Assembly (NCBI RefSeq): GCF_947568905.1
Contig: NC_079170.1
Span: forward strand, 4,402,001-4,466,000
Direction of reading: 5' to 3'
Length of the DNA stretch: 64,000 nt
Origin: Ostrea edulis
Taxonomy: Eukaryota
Of this stretch, positions 51,231 through 63,036 are shown piece by piece; position 1 is the first letter of the stretch, and every line of letters starts with the position of its first letter. Position numbers and translations under genes: made by a program. The notes under the pieces are model-generated. The model saw only the letters and a program-made list of their open reading frames with translations. It ran no database searches and was not told where the DNA came from.

Positions 51231-54203
51231 ATGCAGTATTTAATCAAACTGGATAAGAAAATGGACAAACTTCAAGATGACTTAAAATCGATGAGGGAAG
51301 AACTTGCAGTCAATAAAACAGGAACTAGGAGAGATGAACAACAGAAACTTTATGTTCCTGCAAAAATTAGAGTATGTATTATGAATTCATACAATAACTG
51401 TGTTAATTATGAATTTTTGTAATTCCATGATAATTTAGCCATCAGAAAAGGGTAAATTCATTATCAGCTACTTCAAAGTTGTTCTTTTTCCATGCATTAT
51501 TTCCTTATTACCCCCTTGAAAACTGAGTTTTGGTAGGACTTGAATGATATCACAGAATTAGGTCAAATGGTGCAGAAAGGTGAAATCTCAACTTGGAAAT
51601 TCAACTCAAAATCCTCAGATTACTGTGCTAGTAATCTACCAGGAAGCAATTTATATCCTCATTATTGACTGATTTATCAGCATCTTCAATATGCTAAACA
51701 ATTTGTTGTTTTGTCTCATGATTCAGAAACACCAAACTATTCCTCACTGTATAATATAATATTCTTTATTATGTAGACAGCTGTTCATGATGCATACAAA
51801 CAGCTTGTGGACGAGGATGGTGCTGTCAGATGGCAAACTAAGCTTGAAGACAATAAACTAAAGTATGTAATTTTAATTCAATTTGATTAATTTTCCAATT
51901 CAGGTACTTGTAGAGCTCCACCCTCTTGTGACTTATAAGCATATAATGGTTTGAAATGAAAAAGCTATTAAATTCCACTAAGATATAGTTTAGTTTGATA
52001 AATAACCAAAAGAAAATGCGTTTGTTGTCATCTTTTAAAGATGTCAGACAGAAATGGAGGTACATGTCAACATCGGAAAATGGCACATTTTCTTTAAACA
52101 GAATAATGAAAATAAAACTTGATAAAATGACAATTTTTTAATGTTAACCATTTCAAAACACTGCTGCTTAGCCTTTATAAATATGTATCAATTGATTGTG
52201 GATATCGGGGGGGGGGGGGGGGGGGGTCATATAAATATAGATATGCAGTAGGCAAAATATCAGCATAGGAGTTATTGCCCTTTATAACATTTTCTATTGT
52301 AGATAATTGATTTTATGGAAAATATAAAATTTCTATAAACAATATATTTCTATCATGCACAGAGTTCAATTTGATGTAGATGTTGGAAAAGTCTATGACG
52401 TCACACGAGGAAGGACTTTAAATATAAGATTATTGAGAAAACTTGTACTATTTTACATGTAAGACCAAATAAAATTGTATTTATGGTTCTCAGGCCAGCG
52501 CGCATCCATTCAGAGGTTGCCAATGTTATCGATTTTTCAATAAAATAAAAAATTGGAAATGCGCTTACGTATCTTAGTGGGGGGGGGTGGGGGGTGGGGG
52601 GTGCGCGGGAGGAATCTGAATTTCACATTTTGCGTTCGGAATTCTCTTTACACATTAATGTGTTTTGAAGTTTCATTTCGTTTGTTTGTTGTTTTTCATT
52701 CAAGTAACAAACACATACTGACTGGTAAATGTTTGTTAAGACCTGAAAATTCCATCAACTCAGCGGTCCACTTGACCAGTGAATTTTTTTTATTTCAAAA
52801 ACTTTGTTTAATAAGCTTGAAATTATACCTTTGAGACATTGCAAGATTCATCTAGTTTTTCCAATTTTAGAGCATCTTCTGAAGTGAACAAGGCCACCAC
52901 ACAGTCTATAAAGCAGTTTGTAAAAGGGCTCTATCCTGAAGTCCAGGAAGGATTATTACAAAGTAAGTTATATTTAATTTACTGAATGCATTAGCATACT
53001 GCCTTCCTAACTTAAATCAACTGGGATGCTCTGTACGTACATGACCTGTTTTTAATTAAAACAATTTAATGACTTATTATGAGATGGATCACCATTTGTT
53101 ATCTTCACTTTTTCAGTCTGAAGGATGATTGTTAAAAAGTAAACAAGAACAACTGCAACTTTAAAAGAAAGAAAAAAGAAATTTAAAACTCTGAATGAGC
53201 AATATGTTGAGTAATGTGTGTGCAATATAAAGTACAAGAATGACCAAAACTCAATCAATATTGTGTCATTGATCCTTCTTGTGCTTTATATTGACCTCAC
53301 ATTCTCTTGATAGATCTGACACCATTGGAGCAAGAATGTTTTTGGTATATAAATCCTTTAAGATAGATATATAGACACATAAATGTATATGTTCTATTCT
53401 TGTAGCTGCAATTGCCAGATATTTCGAATCAATGGCACAGAGAGAACATAAAGAAAAAACAGGCAAAGTGGAGCAGCACAAAACCAAAATGCTCCACTAC
53501 AGCAGGAGGAAGAGGGTACGAATTTACATAGTAGTAGTCTTGTGAATTTTCAAGAATCTTTAATGATATGCATGTTTAAGGTGGCTCATTACACCCATAA
53601 ATGTTTTCTTAAATCAGTACGAATTGATTTAATCATAAAAGATATGATGATATATAATAAGTATATATACCAAAAAGGCAGAAAATATGCAAATTTGGAT
53701 AAAAATATGATTTTCAAAACAATTATTTCAACGTAGTGTCATAAAGAGTATAAGCTTTAGTGTAGTGAGCTACCTTAAGAAATGAAAAGGCAATGTTGTT
53801 TATATATAATCCTGATTATGTTGTTCAGATATTCCTGATTATGTTGTTTAGATATTCCTAATTATGTTTGCAGAAATTGCAGTGGAGAAAGTCCATGGTG
53901 GAAAAAAAAACTGGGTGGGATGAGGCAAAGAAGAGACGTGTCGGTGATGCTCTGGTGCTGTCATATATGTCATCAGAGGATGAGCACAACACCAACGATG
54001 GAAGTTTTTTAAAAACCAAACCTCTTCGTTGGAGATAAGAGGAATATGTGAAAATATTGGATGATCTTGATTGCAAATATGACAGGTCTATGTCTAAGCG
54101 TTCGCGCAGACAAATGATGAAGCGAATTAAAGGTGACATTCCCTCAGCAAGGCAGAAACCGGCCCAGATTGAACCGGGGCATGAATGGGTGTTTGCTCAT
54201 TGA
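51231..54203 (+). pseudogene. Five-exon CACTA accessory (TnpA-like) gene with a premature stop
   Basis: Exons 51231-51371, 51777-51862, 52871-52962, 53406-53515 and 53874-54203, all GT-AG with compatible phases (0,2,1,0), 252 codons. Motif YMSSEDE..KPLRWR*EE..LD; TAA at 54036-54038. Confidence 0.75.
53580..53774. mobile_element. 195-bp Kolobok-like MITE in intron 4
   Basis: TIRs GGTGGCTCATTACAC / GTGTAGTGAGCTACC (2 mismatches); TTAA on both sides. Confidence 0.75.
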
Positions 54204-54723
54204 AGCAATAATAGCTGCCATTTTAGTGTCAAAAGGTTTTGTAAAACTTTTTATTTCTTCATTGAAAATTTGAAATTTTTCAAAACTATTTTAAAATATA
54301 ACGCCTGAAGATTATGAAATGAAAGCGCTTGCGTTAAAATTTTAACTTTGTGTACTGTTTATTTTATTTCTTTTAATATTTTATACCGGACACTGATTTA
54401 AAAAAAAAAAAAACAATTTGGATATACATGTTTATATATGTGTGTGTGTGTATGACTGTTTATATGTGTGGATGTGTTACTTTGTAAATAAAAATGCTAC
54501 ATGTCATATGGCTACCATAAATATCAATTGTGTTTTAAGATTTGTTGTGTTGTTTTCCAACTGAAGGTACATTGAATTGTAAAGCAATTTTTAGGTTTAT
54601 ATACAAATGAATGTGAAACCCCGTGTATTTCGGTTGAGATGTATTGCTATTGCATGCTATGGACTAGATTTGGATCTTCACGTAAAATTACATGTAATGC
54701 TACCTTAGCACCTCGTATAAATG

Positions 54724-55360
54724 AAATAAAATGAGTGGATTATACGTGAAATTCCACATAAAATTGTAAACTTGGGAGTATAACCAGATTAATTGTCATG
54801 AAAAACTGAAATAAAATGAGTGGATTATACGTGAAATTTCACATAAAATCGTAAACTTGGAGTATAACCAGATTAATCGTCATGGAAAACTGAAATAAAA
54901 TGAGTGGATTATACGTGAAATTTCACATAAAATCGTAAACTTGGAGTATAACCAGATTAATTGTCATGAAAAACTGAAATAAAATGAGTGGATTATACGT
55001 GAAATTTCACATAAAATCGTAAACTTGGAGTATAACCAGATTAATTGTCATGAAAAACTGAAATAAAATGAGTGGATTATACGTGAAATTTCACATAAAA
55101 TCGTAAACTTGGAGTATAACCAGATTAATTGTCATGAAAAACTGAAATAAAATGAGTGGATTATACGTGAAATTTCACATAAAATCGTAAACTTGGAGTA
55201 TAACCAGATTAATCGTCATGAAAAACTGAAATAAAATGAGTGGATTATACGTGAAATTCCACATAAAATCGTAAACTTGGAGTATAACCAGATTAATCGT
55301 CATGAAAAACTTAAATAAAATGAGTGGATTATACGTGAAATTTCACATAAAATCGTAAAC
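54724..55360. repeat. 84-bp subterminal tandem repeat, about 7.6 copies
   Basis: AAATAAAATGAGTGG at 54724, 54809, 54893, 54977, 55061, 55145, 55229, 55313. Confidence 0.97.
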
Positions 55361-55799
55361 GAAGTATAAAACGATTGTTTATGTGATATATAATTGACAT
55401 AAAATTGAAGTATAATTTTCATTAAATTTCGGAGTTTACAAAAAATGTTATCCCTAAGGAAATTCCAATTAAATATCAAGTATAATGTTGTATTAAATCT
55501 GTATTATACGTTTAAATTTGACATTTAATTGGGTAATAACTGGAATATAATTTTGAATTAAATGCAAATTTTCATGCAGTGCTAATTTTCCTTAAAGTCG
55601 TGAGTATCATATGAAAGTGGTGAAATTTATTATTAAGTGCTTCAAACGCAGAAAAATACGTCTTAGAAGTGAAGGAGGGCTATACAATTACATATTTTGA
55701 ATCATCTACCTATTATCTATCAGAATCTGTTAAAATGTGAAAATGGGTAAAATTGTCATAAGGGCCCTTTTGCCATGGGCGCAATCATATTGTTTAACG

Positions 55800-56000
55800 T
55801 CCCTCTCGAGAATATGTCACTGAATATGGAGGCGTCACCATTGTTGGTGAAGGGCTGCAAAATTTAGGCCTATGTTCGGCGCTTGCCACACCTGCAGTGA
55901 CACGAGACCTCGGATTTTGCGGTGTCATCCGAAGGACTGCCCCATTATGACAAGCAAGGGCTACTGAGCACCTATTCCAACCCGGATCCCCACGAGAAGT
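55800..56000 (-). mobile_element. SINE fragment, same family as 28344-28555
   Basis: CCTCTCGAGAA..CATTGTTGGTGAAGGGCTGCAAAATTTAGGCCTATG..GCCACACCTGC, with an internal deletion. Confidence 0.6.
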
Positions 56001-56380
56001 GCTGAATTGAAGAATACGTGTAGTGAACTAATCTTTGCCCCCCCCCCCCCCCCCCCCCCCCCCCTACGATTTGTAAGATAATGAGATTTGGACAGAAGTA
56101 CTTTATTGCTTCTCAAAATGTTTAATGTAAGTGCGAAGTGAACCCCGGCTGACCCTTCCCCTACTTTAAAAAACAATGCTACGTGCCGGTATATCACAAT
56201 ATCAAGAAGGAATTATTAAACTTGGAGTTTCATGCAACTAATTGAGAAACTTTTAGTACTTTACAATTGAATTTTTTATGTCCAAACCCAAACATTTAAT
56301 TTAAAAAAAAATTCTAATTGAATTCAAATATGAACACCGATGTCACTCTTGTAAGTTTCCACTACATTGTAAATACATTT

Positions 56381-57280
56381 TTATGTTCCCCAAACAAAGT
56401 TTGGGAACATATTGTTTTTACTCTGTTTCTTATTATTATTATTATTATGTTCCCCAAACAAAGTTTGGGAACATATTGTTTTTACTCTGTTTCTTATTAT
56501 TATTATTATGTTCCCCAAACAAAGTTTGGGAACATATTGTTTTTACTCTGTTTCTTATTATTATTATTTTTCCCCCGCTTTTTTTGTTCAGGCGATTTCT
56601 CGGAAACCCTTTATCTGATTATTATGAAACTTTCAGTGTAGATACATTGCATTAAGACCTAAAAAAGTTTGTTTTTTTTTTTTTCAAATTTTTGATATGT
56701 ACCTCCGTTTACGAGTTATTGCCCTTTAATTGAATTTCGGGGGGGTCTTTTGTCCAGCAGAAATCTCAGGAACTACAAATGATATCAGCAAGAAAATTGG
56801 AGAAAATGTAGGTAAGGTATTGTAGTTGTGCAGGAAGTTAAAATTATTGGCTAAACTTTTTAACTTCAGAAGCTATGTGATGGCAAATTTTGAGAATTTT
56901 TTTCCCATAGAATTTTGTTGCTTTTTGTGTAATATCTTTTAAGCTGGTATTAATTTGGTAAGACATATAGAACAAAAGTTGTGTGTAATTACAAGAGCTT
57001 TCGAATGAAATCAAGAAAAAGGGGCTGGCCCCTATATTTAGGGGTCAGCAGCTCATAAACGTGTTTTTTTAGTACTTAAAAATGTTGACATATATTGAAA
57101 AAGTTTGAATGAAATAATCTTTAGGATATTAAATCTTGTCATTTGGTATGATAAGAAACAAGCTTTGTGCTATATTTATTTCTATTTCATAAAAGAAATG
57201 TGTGAGAATCGTACAGGAACAAGTTGTCTGTACAAGCCCGCCAAGCTGTTTCGGGGCCTCATGCTTGTGTAGTGCTTAGA
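56381..57280 (+). mobile_element. Probable Helentron-like (HINE) element with a triplicated 5' end; right boundary uncertain
   Basis: Three copies (61-64 bp) of hairpin TGTTCCCCAAAC-aaa-GTTTGGGAACA plus an (ATT)n tail at 56381-56568. Confidence 0.5.
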
Positions 57281-58281
57281 TCTAGTTGATTTAGATACAT
57301 TGTTTTGATTCGACTTCTCTTTTTTAATTTATTTAAATAATTAACAAACTGCAATGTTTTTACACGATGAACTGTTAAACATCATGTATGTATGTATGTT
57401 ATCAGTGCAGAGCAAATCTTTACGGGGCCTCCTGGATGTAAACATTCACGAGAGGCATTGTGGGAAGGCCAGAGAATGGCGAAATCAAATTGTGATGTGT
57501 ACATTTTATCACCGTATGTAGACATGTATATTCATTGTACAGCTACGAGCACATGAACTGCCCTCGATTACGCATTTGGAGCATTAGTCAATACTAACGA
57601 AGGATATATTGTTGTCTGAATCGTTTACCATGTTTCGACTACGAGAAAATTCTGACGGTCATATTTGCAATGGATTGATAAACACATAAAGATACAGTGC
57701 AGATATATTTATAAACTGTCCCCAGTGATATTGTAACTAGTAAGGAAAAGTTAATGGTGACACTTTAATGTGTGATGGAATTGGACGTTGCTAAAAAGGT
57801 TAGAACGTTTTACTTATCTAAAATCCACACAGACAGAGAGGGTGGTATTAAAATGTCAGTATTTTGCGTACACACACACTGATTTTTATTTAATGTCGAT
57901 ACTGTGTTCATAAGCTTTCTAATGACATTCTCAAATTCCCCATGATTTAGCTTTTACATTATAAATACTTGTAATTTTACTATTTTTTTAAAAGTTTGTT
58001 TTTAGTGGGAGAGTTGTATTTGTTTATTAAAATTCCCTCGTGAAATTTTCATTCATGGACTCCACCAATGCTATTAGGAGAGTGCAAATTTAGATTTATT
58101 CTCTGCTGTCCTAGGTTCACTGAAAGGGGAGATCTTTTTTGCGTGACATGAGACCTTGTTTATATGCTCGGTCTTCATTCACTCAATGACAAAATTCATT
58201 CGCATTATAAGGAGTAGTCCGAAATATCTGACGTTTTCCAGGCTTTTTCCCGATTTTGATATTTAATGTGCAATTTATTTA

Positions 58282-59636
58282 CAGCCAACTGCCAAAAGTT
58301 TATAGACAAATGGCGGACGTCAATGTCTAAACGTCAACGTAATACAGATTTTCAGTGGCTATGAAATTACAAAGAGAATAAATCTTACCTCAGTATTTTG
58401 TTATATATCCCTTTGATCTGATCATTTTCAACATTCTGATAGGTAGGGATCGATAGAGGTTTCGTATGTAAGTAACGGGTATGTTAATCCAGATGTCATT
58501 TATATTTCTCTCCAAGTCAGTGACATTGTTTATATTAGAAAGTCTGCGTTTAAGTTTATTTTTCAACAGAAAATAAATGTTTTCAATTATATTTGCATCA
58601 GGTGACTGTGCTGGCCAAAACATACCTGGAATTATGTTTATTTGTTTATATTCTTGTACAATTCGGGCACGGTGAACCGGGGCATTGTCATCTTGAAATA
58701 TGTAATCGTTAGTAGGAAAATTTTTCATTACAACTGGCCACAATTGTTCTTCAAGGATATCAATATATTTATTTGCATTAATGTTGCCATTAACCACCGT
58801 TAGTGTGCCAACTCCATTCCAGGTAATGCATCCCCACAACATTAAACTCATAGCAGGTTTCGGTGGTGCGCCGGGGCTGATGCACGCTGGTAACCATTCT
58901 TCTCCTGCCTTTCTCCAAATATAAACTCGATTGTTTTGTCCCAAAACAACTTTACATTCATCAGAGAAGATCACTTTTGACCAGTTATAGTCAACAGTCC
59001 ACCGTCGTTTACCTCTTGCCCATGCCACACGGTTTTTCCTATTTTGTTCGCGAATCCGAATTTTCTTCCTGCATACACGTCGATGGTACTTAGTTTTTGA
59101 CAAATAACGATGAATTGATCTTTCAGACACGGGAACTTGCCTACCTTGATTAAATTGTCCTGTTATGTCTTTTAATGGAGTGGTACGGTTAAATTTTACA
59201 AGCCGCAATAGTTGACGCTCGCCTCTAACGTCCATTTTTCTGGGGCGTCCCGATTTTTTAGCATTTCCCGCACTTCCTTGAATTTCACACCGTTTTACAA
59301 CAGCATACACAGTTTTCCGGTCCATTTTCAATACCCTAGCAGTTTCAGAATAATTTCCCATTTGTCTGTAACTGTCTACGACAATTTGTTTCACAGCTGG
59401 CGATAAATTCTTAGACTTTCCCATAGCTACATTCAGAAGCTTGTATCAGACGATCATCAAATAAATACCAACACATGATGTCACATATGACGTCTCAAGA
59501 CCCTGTACTTATATGTGGTATGCATACGGAATCCCCGTTATCTATATATAGAATTTACAAAAGAAAAAACAAGCCACTTCCGTGAAGTTGGAATTTAGAT
59601 CCGCCATTTTGTCTATAAACTTTTGGCAGGTGGCTG
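58282..59636 (-). mobile_element. Intact Tc1-family transposon
   Basis: ~36-bp TIRs CAGCCA(A/C)CTGCCAAAAGTTTATAGACAAA..TGGCGGA; TA TSD on both sides. Confidence 0.95.
58390..59424 (-). CDS. Tc1 transposase (DD34E)
   Basis: 344 aa uninterrupted: HTH region, GRPRK, VIFSDE, FQDDNAPVH, SPD.N.IEN with 34 residues between the second D and E. Confidence 0.95.
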   Translation of the reverse strand: MGKSKNLSPAVKQIVVDSYRQMGNYSETARVLKMDRKTVYAVVKRCEIQGSAGNAKKSGRPRKMDVRGERQLLRLVKFNRTTPLKDITGQFNQGRQVPVSERSIHRYLSKTKYHRRVCRKKIRIREQNRKNRVAWARGKRRWTVDYNWSKVIFSDECKVVLGQNNRVYIWRKAGEEWLPACISPGAPPKPAMSLMLWGCITWNGVGTLTVVNGNINANKYIDILEEQLWPVVMKNFPTNDYIFQDDNAPVHRARIVQEYKQINIIPGMFWPAQSPDANIIENIYFLLKNKLKRRLSNINNVTDLERNINDIWINIPVTYIRNLYRSLPIRMLKMIRSKGYITKY

Positions 59637-59668
59637 TAGATAATTAACAAAATGCAATGTTTTTACAC

Positions 59669-60196
59669 TGTAGCAGGTCTGGCGTTCGTATAGTCTGTAC
59701 TTCGCGTTGTGTTTGTTTTTAATTTATTTTGATAGTAGCGACTCCGAAACGACCCAACTACACTATGATTTTAAACTTGAAATAGATTCAAATAGAAATG
59801 AAAATAAGATAAATAACACTTTACGAATTTATTACCAGTATGAATGTGACAAATACACACTCCTAAAGCCTAGAACTTAGCCTAGAAACTATCAAGAAAT
59901 CTCCCAACCCAAAGGTAATATAATAATTTAGTAAGTAAAAAGGGGCAAAGTAGACGTACAAAACGTAATTCCAAAACAGGAATAATGGAAGGAGAAGAGT
60001 AGCTAGCAAGGCCAGCTGTCTTGCTTCGACGAATAATAAGCTGCATGGCTTTATATAGCAAATTAGACAATAGAAAGTAGAAACTGTCATTAAAGTGATT
60101 GGCTAAAAGATAAAGTGGGCGTGGTCAAATACAACGGGTGAATAATTTACATCGTGATCGAAATCCAGAAGTAAAAGTAAAACCCAAACTACCACA
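59669..60196 (-). mobile_element. Solo LTR (528 bp)
   Basis: TG...CA ends and 4-bp TSD ACAC; an uninterrupted paralogous site is present at 57338-57403. CCAAT, TATA and AATAAA motifs on the minus strand. Confidence 0.75.
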
Positions 60197-60661
60197 ACAC
60201 GATGAAATGTTAAACATCATGTATGTATGTATGTTATCTCGGACTATGTAAGGAGTCCCTTATTTCATGACTCTTGAAAGATACTGTCTAACCACTTTAC
60301 CACTTTTGAATGAAGATAAAAGAATTTGTTACAAATCCTTATTAGTCTTTTGTCTGTCATTCTTTAAACAAAATATGCAAAAGTTCAACAATACACAGGC
60401 TAGAATACTATAAATATTGTTTATGTTGAATGGTTACTAAGTCGCTTTGTCCCAAAACGGAAATGCCCCATGCACAAACTTTCCAAAAAAATTTTCAGGG
60501 GCAACCAAGTTCATGTAGTATTTACCCCCCCCCCCCCTCCCCCAATTTTATTCATAAGTGCCCATAATACATATTCTGAGCACTCCAAATCTGTGATACC
60601 TCTGACTCTAACCCCGCACATGTCACAATATAAAAGCAGGGGTTAGAGTTAGAGGTATGTT

Positions 60662-61473
60662 CAGGGTTCGAAATTAACTTTTTCAAGCACTAGTCCGTAC
60701 GGACTAGTCACTATTGATGTTCACTAGTCCGCAAAACATTTCACTAGTCCGTCCAGTATATCAAAAAATGATCTTCATTTTAATCAAACTAAACACATCA
60801 CAGTTGCAAACAATTCGATTTCTGACACCTACAGAAGAAAAAGAGACCACCATATTTTATTTCGTATTCAAGATCTTCAAAAGCATACAATATTAACCTC
60901 CGAGTTAATCCTTTGATAAACGTCCATAAGTGCGTTCGAGATCGACGTTCCTGTTGTTTTGGTGTTCAGACCTTAGAGTCACAGGAGTTCGAAATTTTAT
61001 CAAGAAAGTCAATAAAATTCACTCGATTGACCAAGTCATGAGCTATAGTGTTATGAACTACTGTGTTAGAGTCGCGAATGACGAGAACAAGTGCGCACAA
61101 ACGTACATGTTCTCAGACCACACTACTTGCAATTCTTGCACCTAGAACATGTTCTCTTGATGTGTACTCGGCGTTCGGAATCGGCAGGAATTTGACAATG
61201 TGTGCACGTTCGAAGAACGGCGGTCTCAAACGCACTCCATGTGTTTGGAAGATCAGACTGTCATAGTCAGGCAAACACCTGACCATGCAGGTAATCAACC
61301 ATAAGTTCAAACATCTAAGAGACTCAGACAAATCTTGCTAAAATCTTTACCAATTCAAAATTGATTTCCGGATTTTCACTAGTCCGTACGGACTAGTGCT
61401 ATAGAGAGTTCACTAGTCCGACATGTTTTCTACTAGTCTCGGACTTACAGACATGAGTTAATTTCGAACCCTG
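60662..61473. mobile_element. Non-autonomous TIR element (hAT/P-like CAGGG ends)
   Basis: 17-bp TIRs CAGGGTTCGAAATTAAC / GTTAATTTCGAACCCTG; subterminal CACTAGTCC repeats; flanking TATGTT duplication. Confidence 0.85.
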
Positions 61474-61657
61474 TATGTTGGATTAGAGCACCCCAAAACT
61501 TAAACAAGCATATTCTGGAATGAATACATGAGTTGCAAACATTTGTTTACAAAATTATATCATATGGATAAATATGTTTGTCAAGAGAAAAATTTTTAAC
61601 CTTGGTATAGTGTTGAGTCATAATATGATGAAGTTAATTTTCATTTTAGTTAGTTTT

Positions 61658-62375
61658 TGTGGTGTTGTCTGTAAATAGTTGTTTATGCTTGTAAGGTGTT
61701 TCCGTAGTGTGAGTGTTGGTTGATAAGGCTATTTTTAGCATACCGGTTTGGTCAGTCAGAGTAGCGGCTGTTTGTCAAGCGTGCGGCCACGTTTTCATGC
61801 TGTCCAGCAGGGGTCTTTTCTTGGCGAATTCCAGAAGTTAGTCTGGGTAATGGGTAGCCAGAGAGATAAACATTTTACTGTGTGGGCATAGGTTTTCTCC
61901 AGCCGGTAAGCTATTTTTGTGTGAAAATATTTGCGAGGTTTCGGGTTAATTTTCTCGTGTATTGTGTTTTCAAATTTGTTGTTACCCAAGTCACTTTGTG
62001 TATAGGTTTTAGGTTAAGTTATTGCTATTTCAGTGCAGAGGGGATTTAAGAAGCTATCTGGGCCATATCAGGCAGTACTCTAAGCGTTTCAGTAGGTGTT
62101 CGGCGTGGGAATCAGAACACGTGAGACCGCGCTGTACGTACATGGGTGTTCCACGTGGTGGACTTGGCAATTATTTTGTGGGCCTAGTGTTGTCATTAGT
62201 GTAGTTGGCGTTATACCCAGTATCGTTGTTCAGTGAGAGACCTGTGAGTCCGGGACTGGAAGCGGAGGGGCTATTCGCGCTGTATGGAGGCCTGGTTGTG
62301 CCAAGTGTGACGTGGCGTTAAATTGAATTGTGCTGAGTAGCCAAACTTTCATATTGAGTTTCAGTAAATTAAACA
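61658..62375 (+). mobile_element. Possible solo LTR
   Basis: GC-richer block bounded by TGT...ACA with TTTT on both sides; weak because the flanks are T-rich. Confidence 0.35.
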
Positions 62376-63036
62376 TTTTATCAAAAAGGAATTTGAGAAA
62401 TTTGTACAAAACGTAATTTACTACTGTTTAACCTTTTCTGTAGTTAGCGGAATTAGCTACTATTTGAACCATTATGTAATACATTTATTACCAGTTATAT
62501 TTTCAGCCTGGAATGACATATTTGTTGTATTAACTATTGGATTGTCTTGACAGTTATACGTTATATTGATTGTCAATATTGCCAGGTTTATTATACCAAT
62601 TTATATTTTCTTTCTCGGTGAGAGAGTATGGGTGTGTGAATGTGAAAGTGTGATTTCTTTGTTTTTCAAACATCTCTATATTTCTTATCTTATTGCAAAA
62701 TAAATTTTCTTTTTATTTATTCTACGATTTATCATTTTCTCTATTGCCTACACAAAATCCAAAAGAACTTCATTACACATAAAGTTTAATGTTTAAAAAA
62801 AGGTGACCATAATTGCCAAAAAAAAAAGTTTTCTAAGCCATTATTACCTTTCTCAAATGTCATAAATATTGAAATATTTTATCTTTGATGATTTATAAGC
62901 TAGCCTCTAGAGTTAAATTATTCTCTCAGTCATAAATGCACACTTCATGCTGCCAAAGTTTACAATTAATATACACTTAAAGGTCTTACACAAGGAAATA
63001 GCCAATCAAAATGATTTAGTCAATTGTAGTTCTATA

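Larger units (their letters stand above)
27231..55581. mobile_element. Giant CACTA/EnSpm DNA transposon with nested insertions
   Basis: Perfect 13-bp TIRs CACTGCATGAAAA (27231-27243) and TTTTCATGCAGTG (55569-55581). 3-bp TSD CTA on both sides. Matching subterminal block CAGATTTAAT-n5-ATTATACTTG at 27306-27330 and inverted at 55477-55501. EnSpm transposase inside. Confidence 0.85.
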
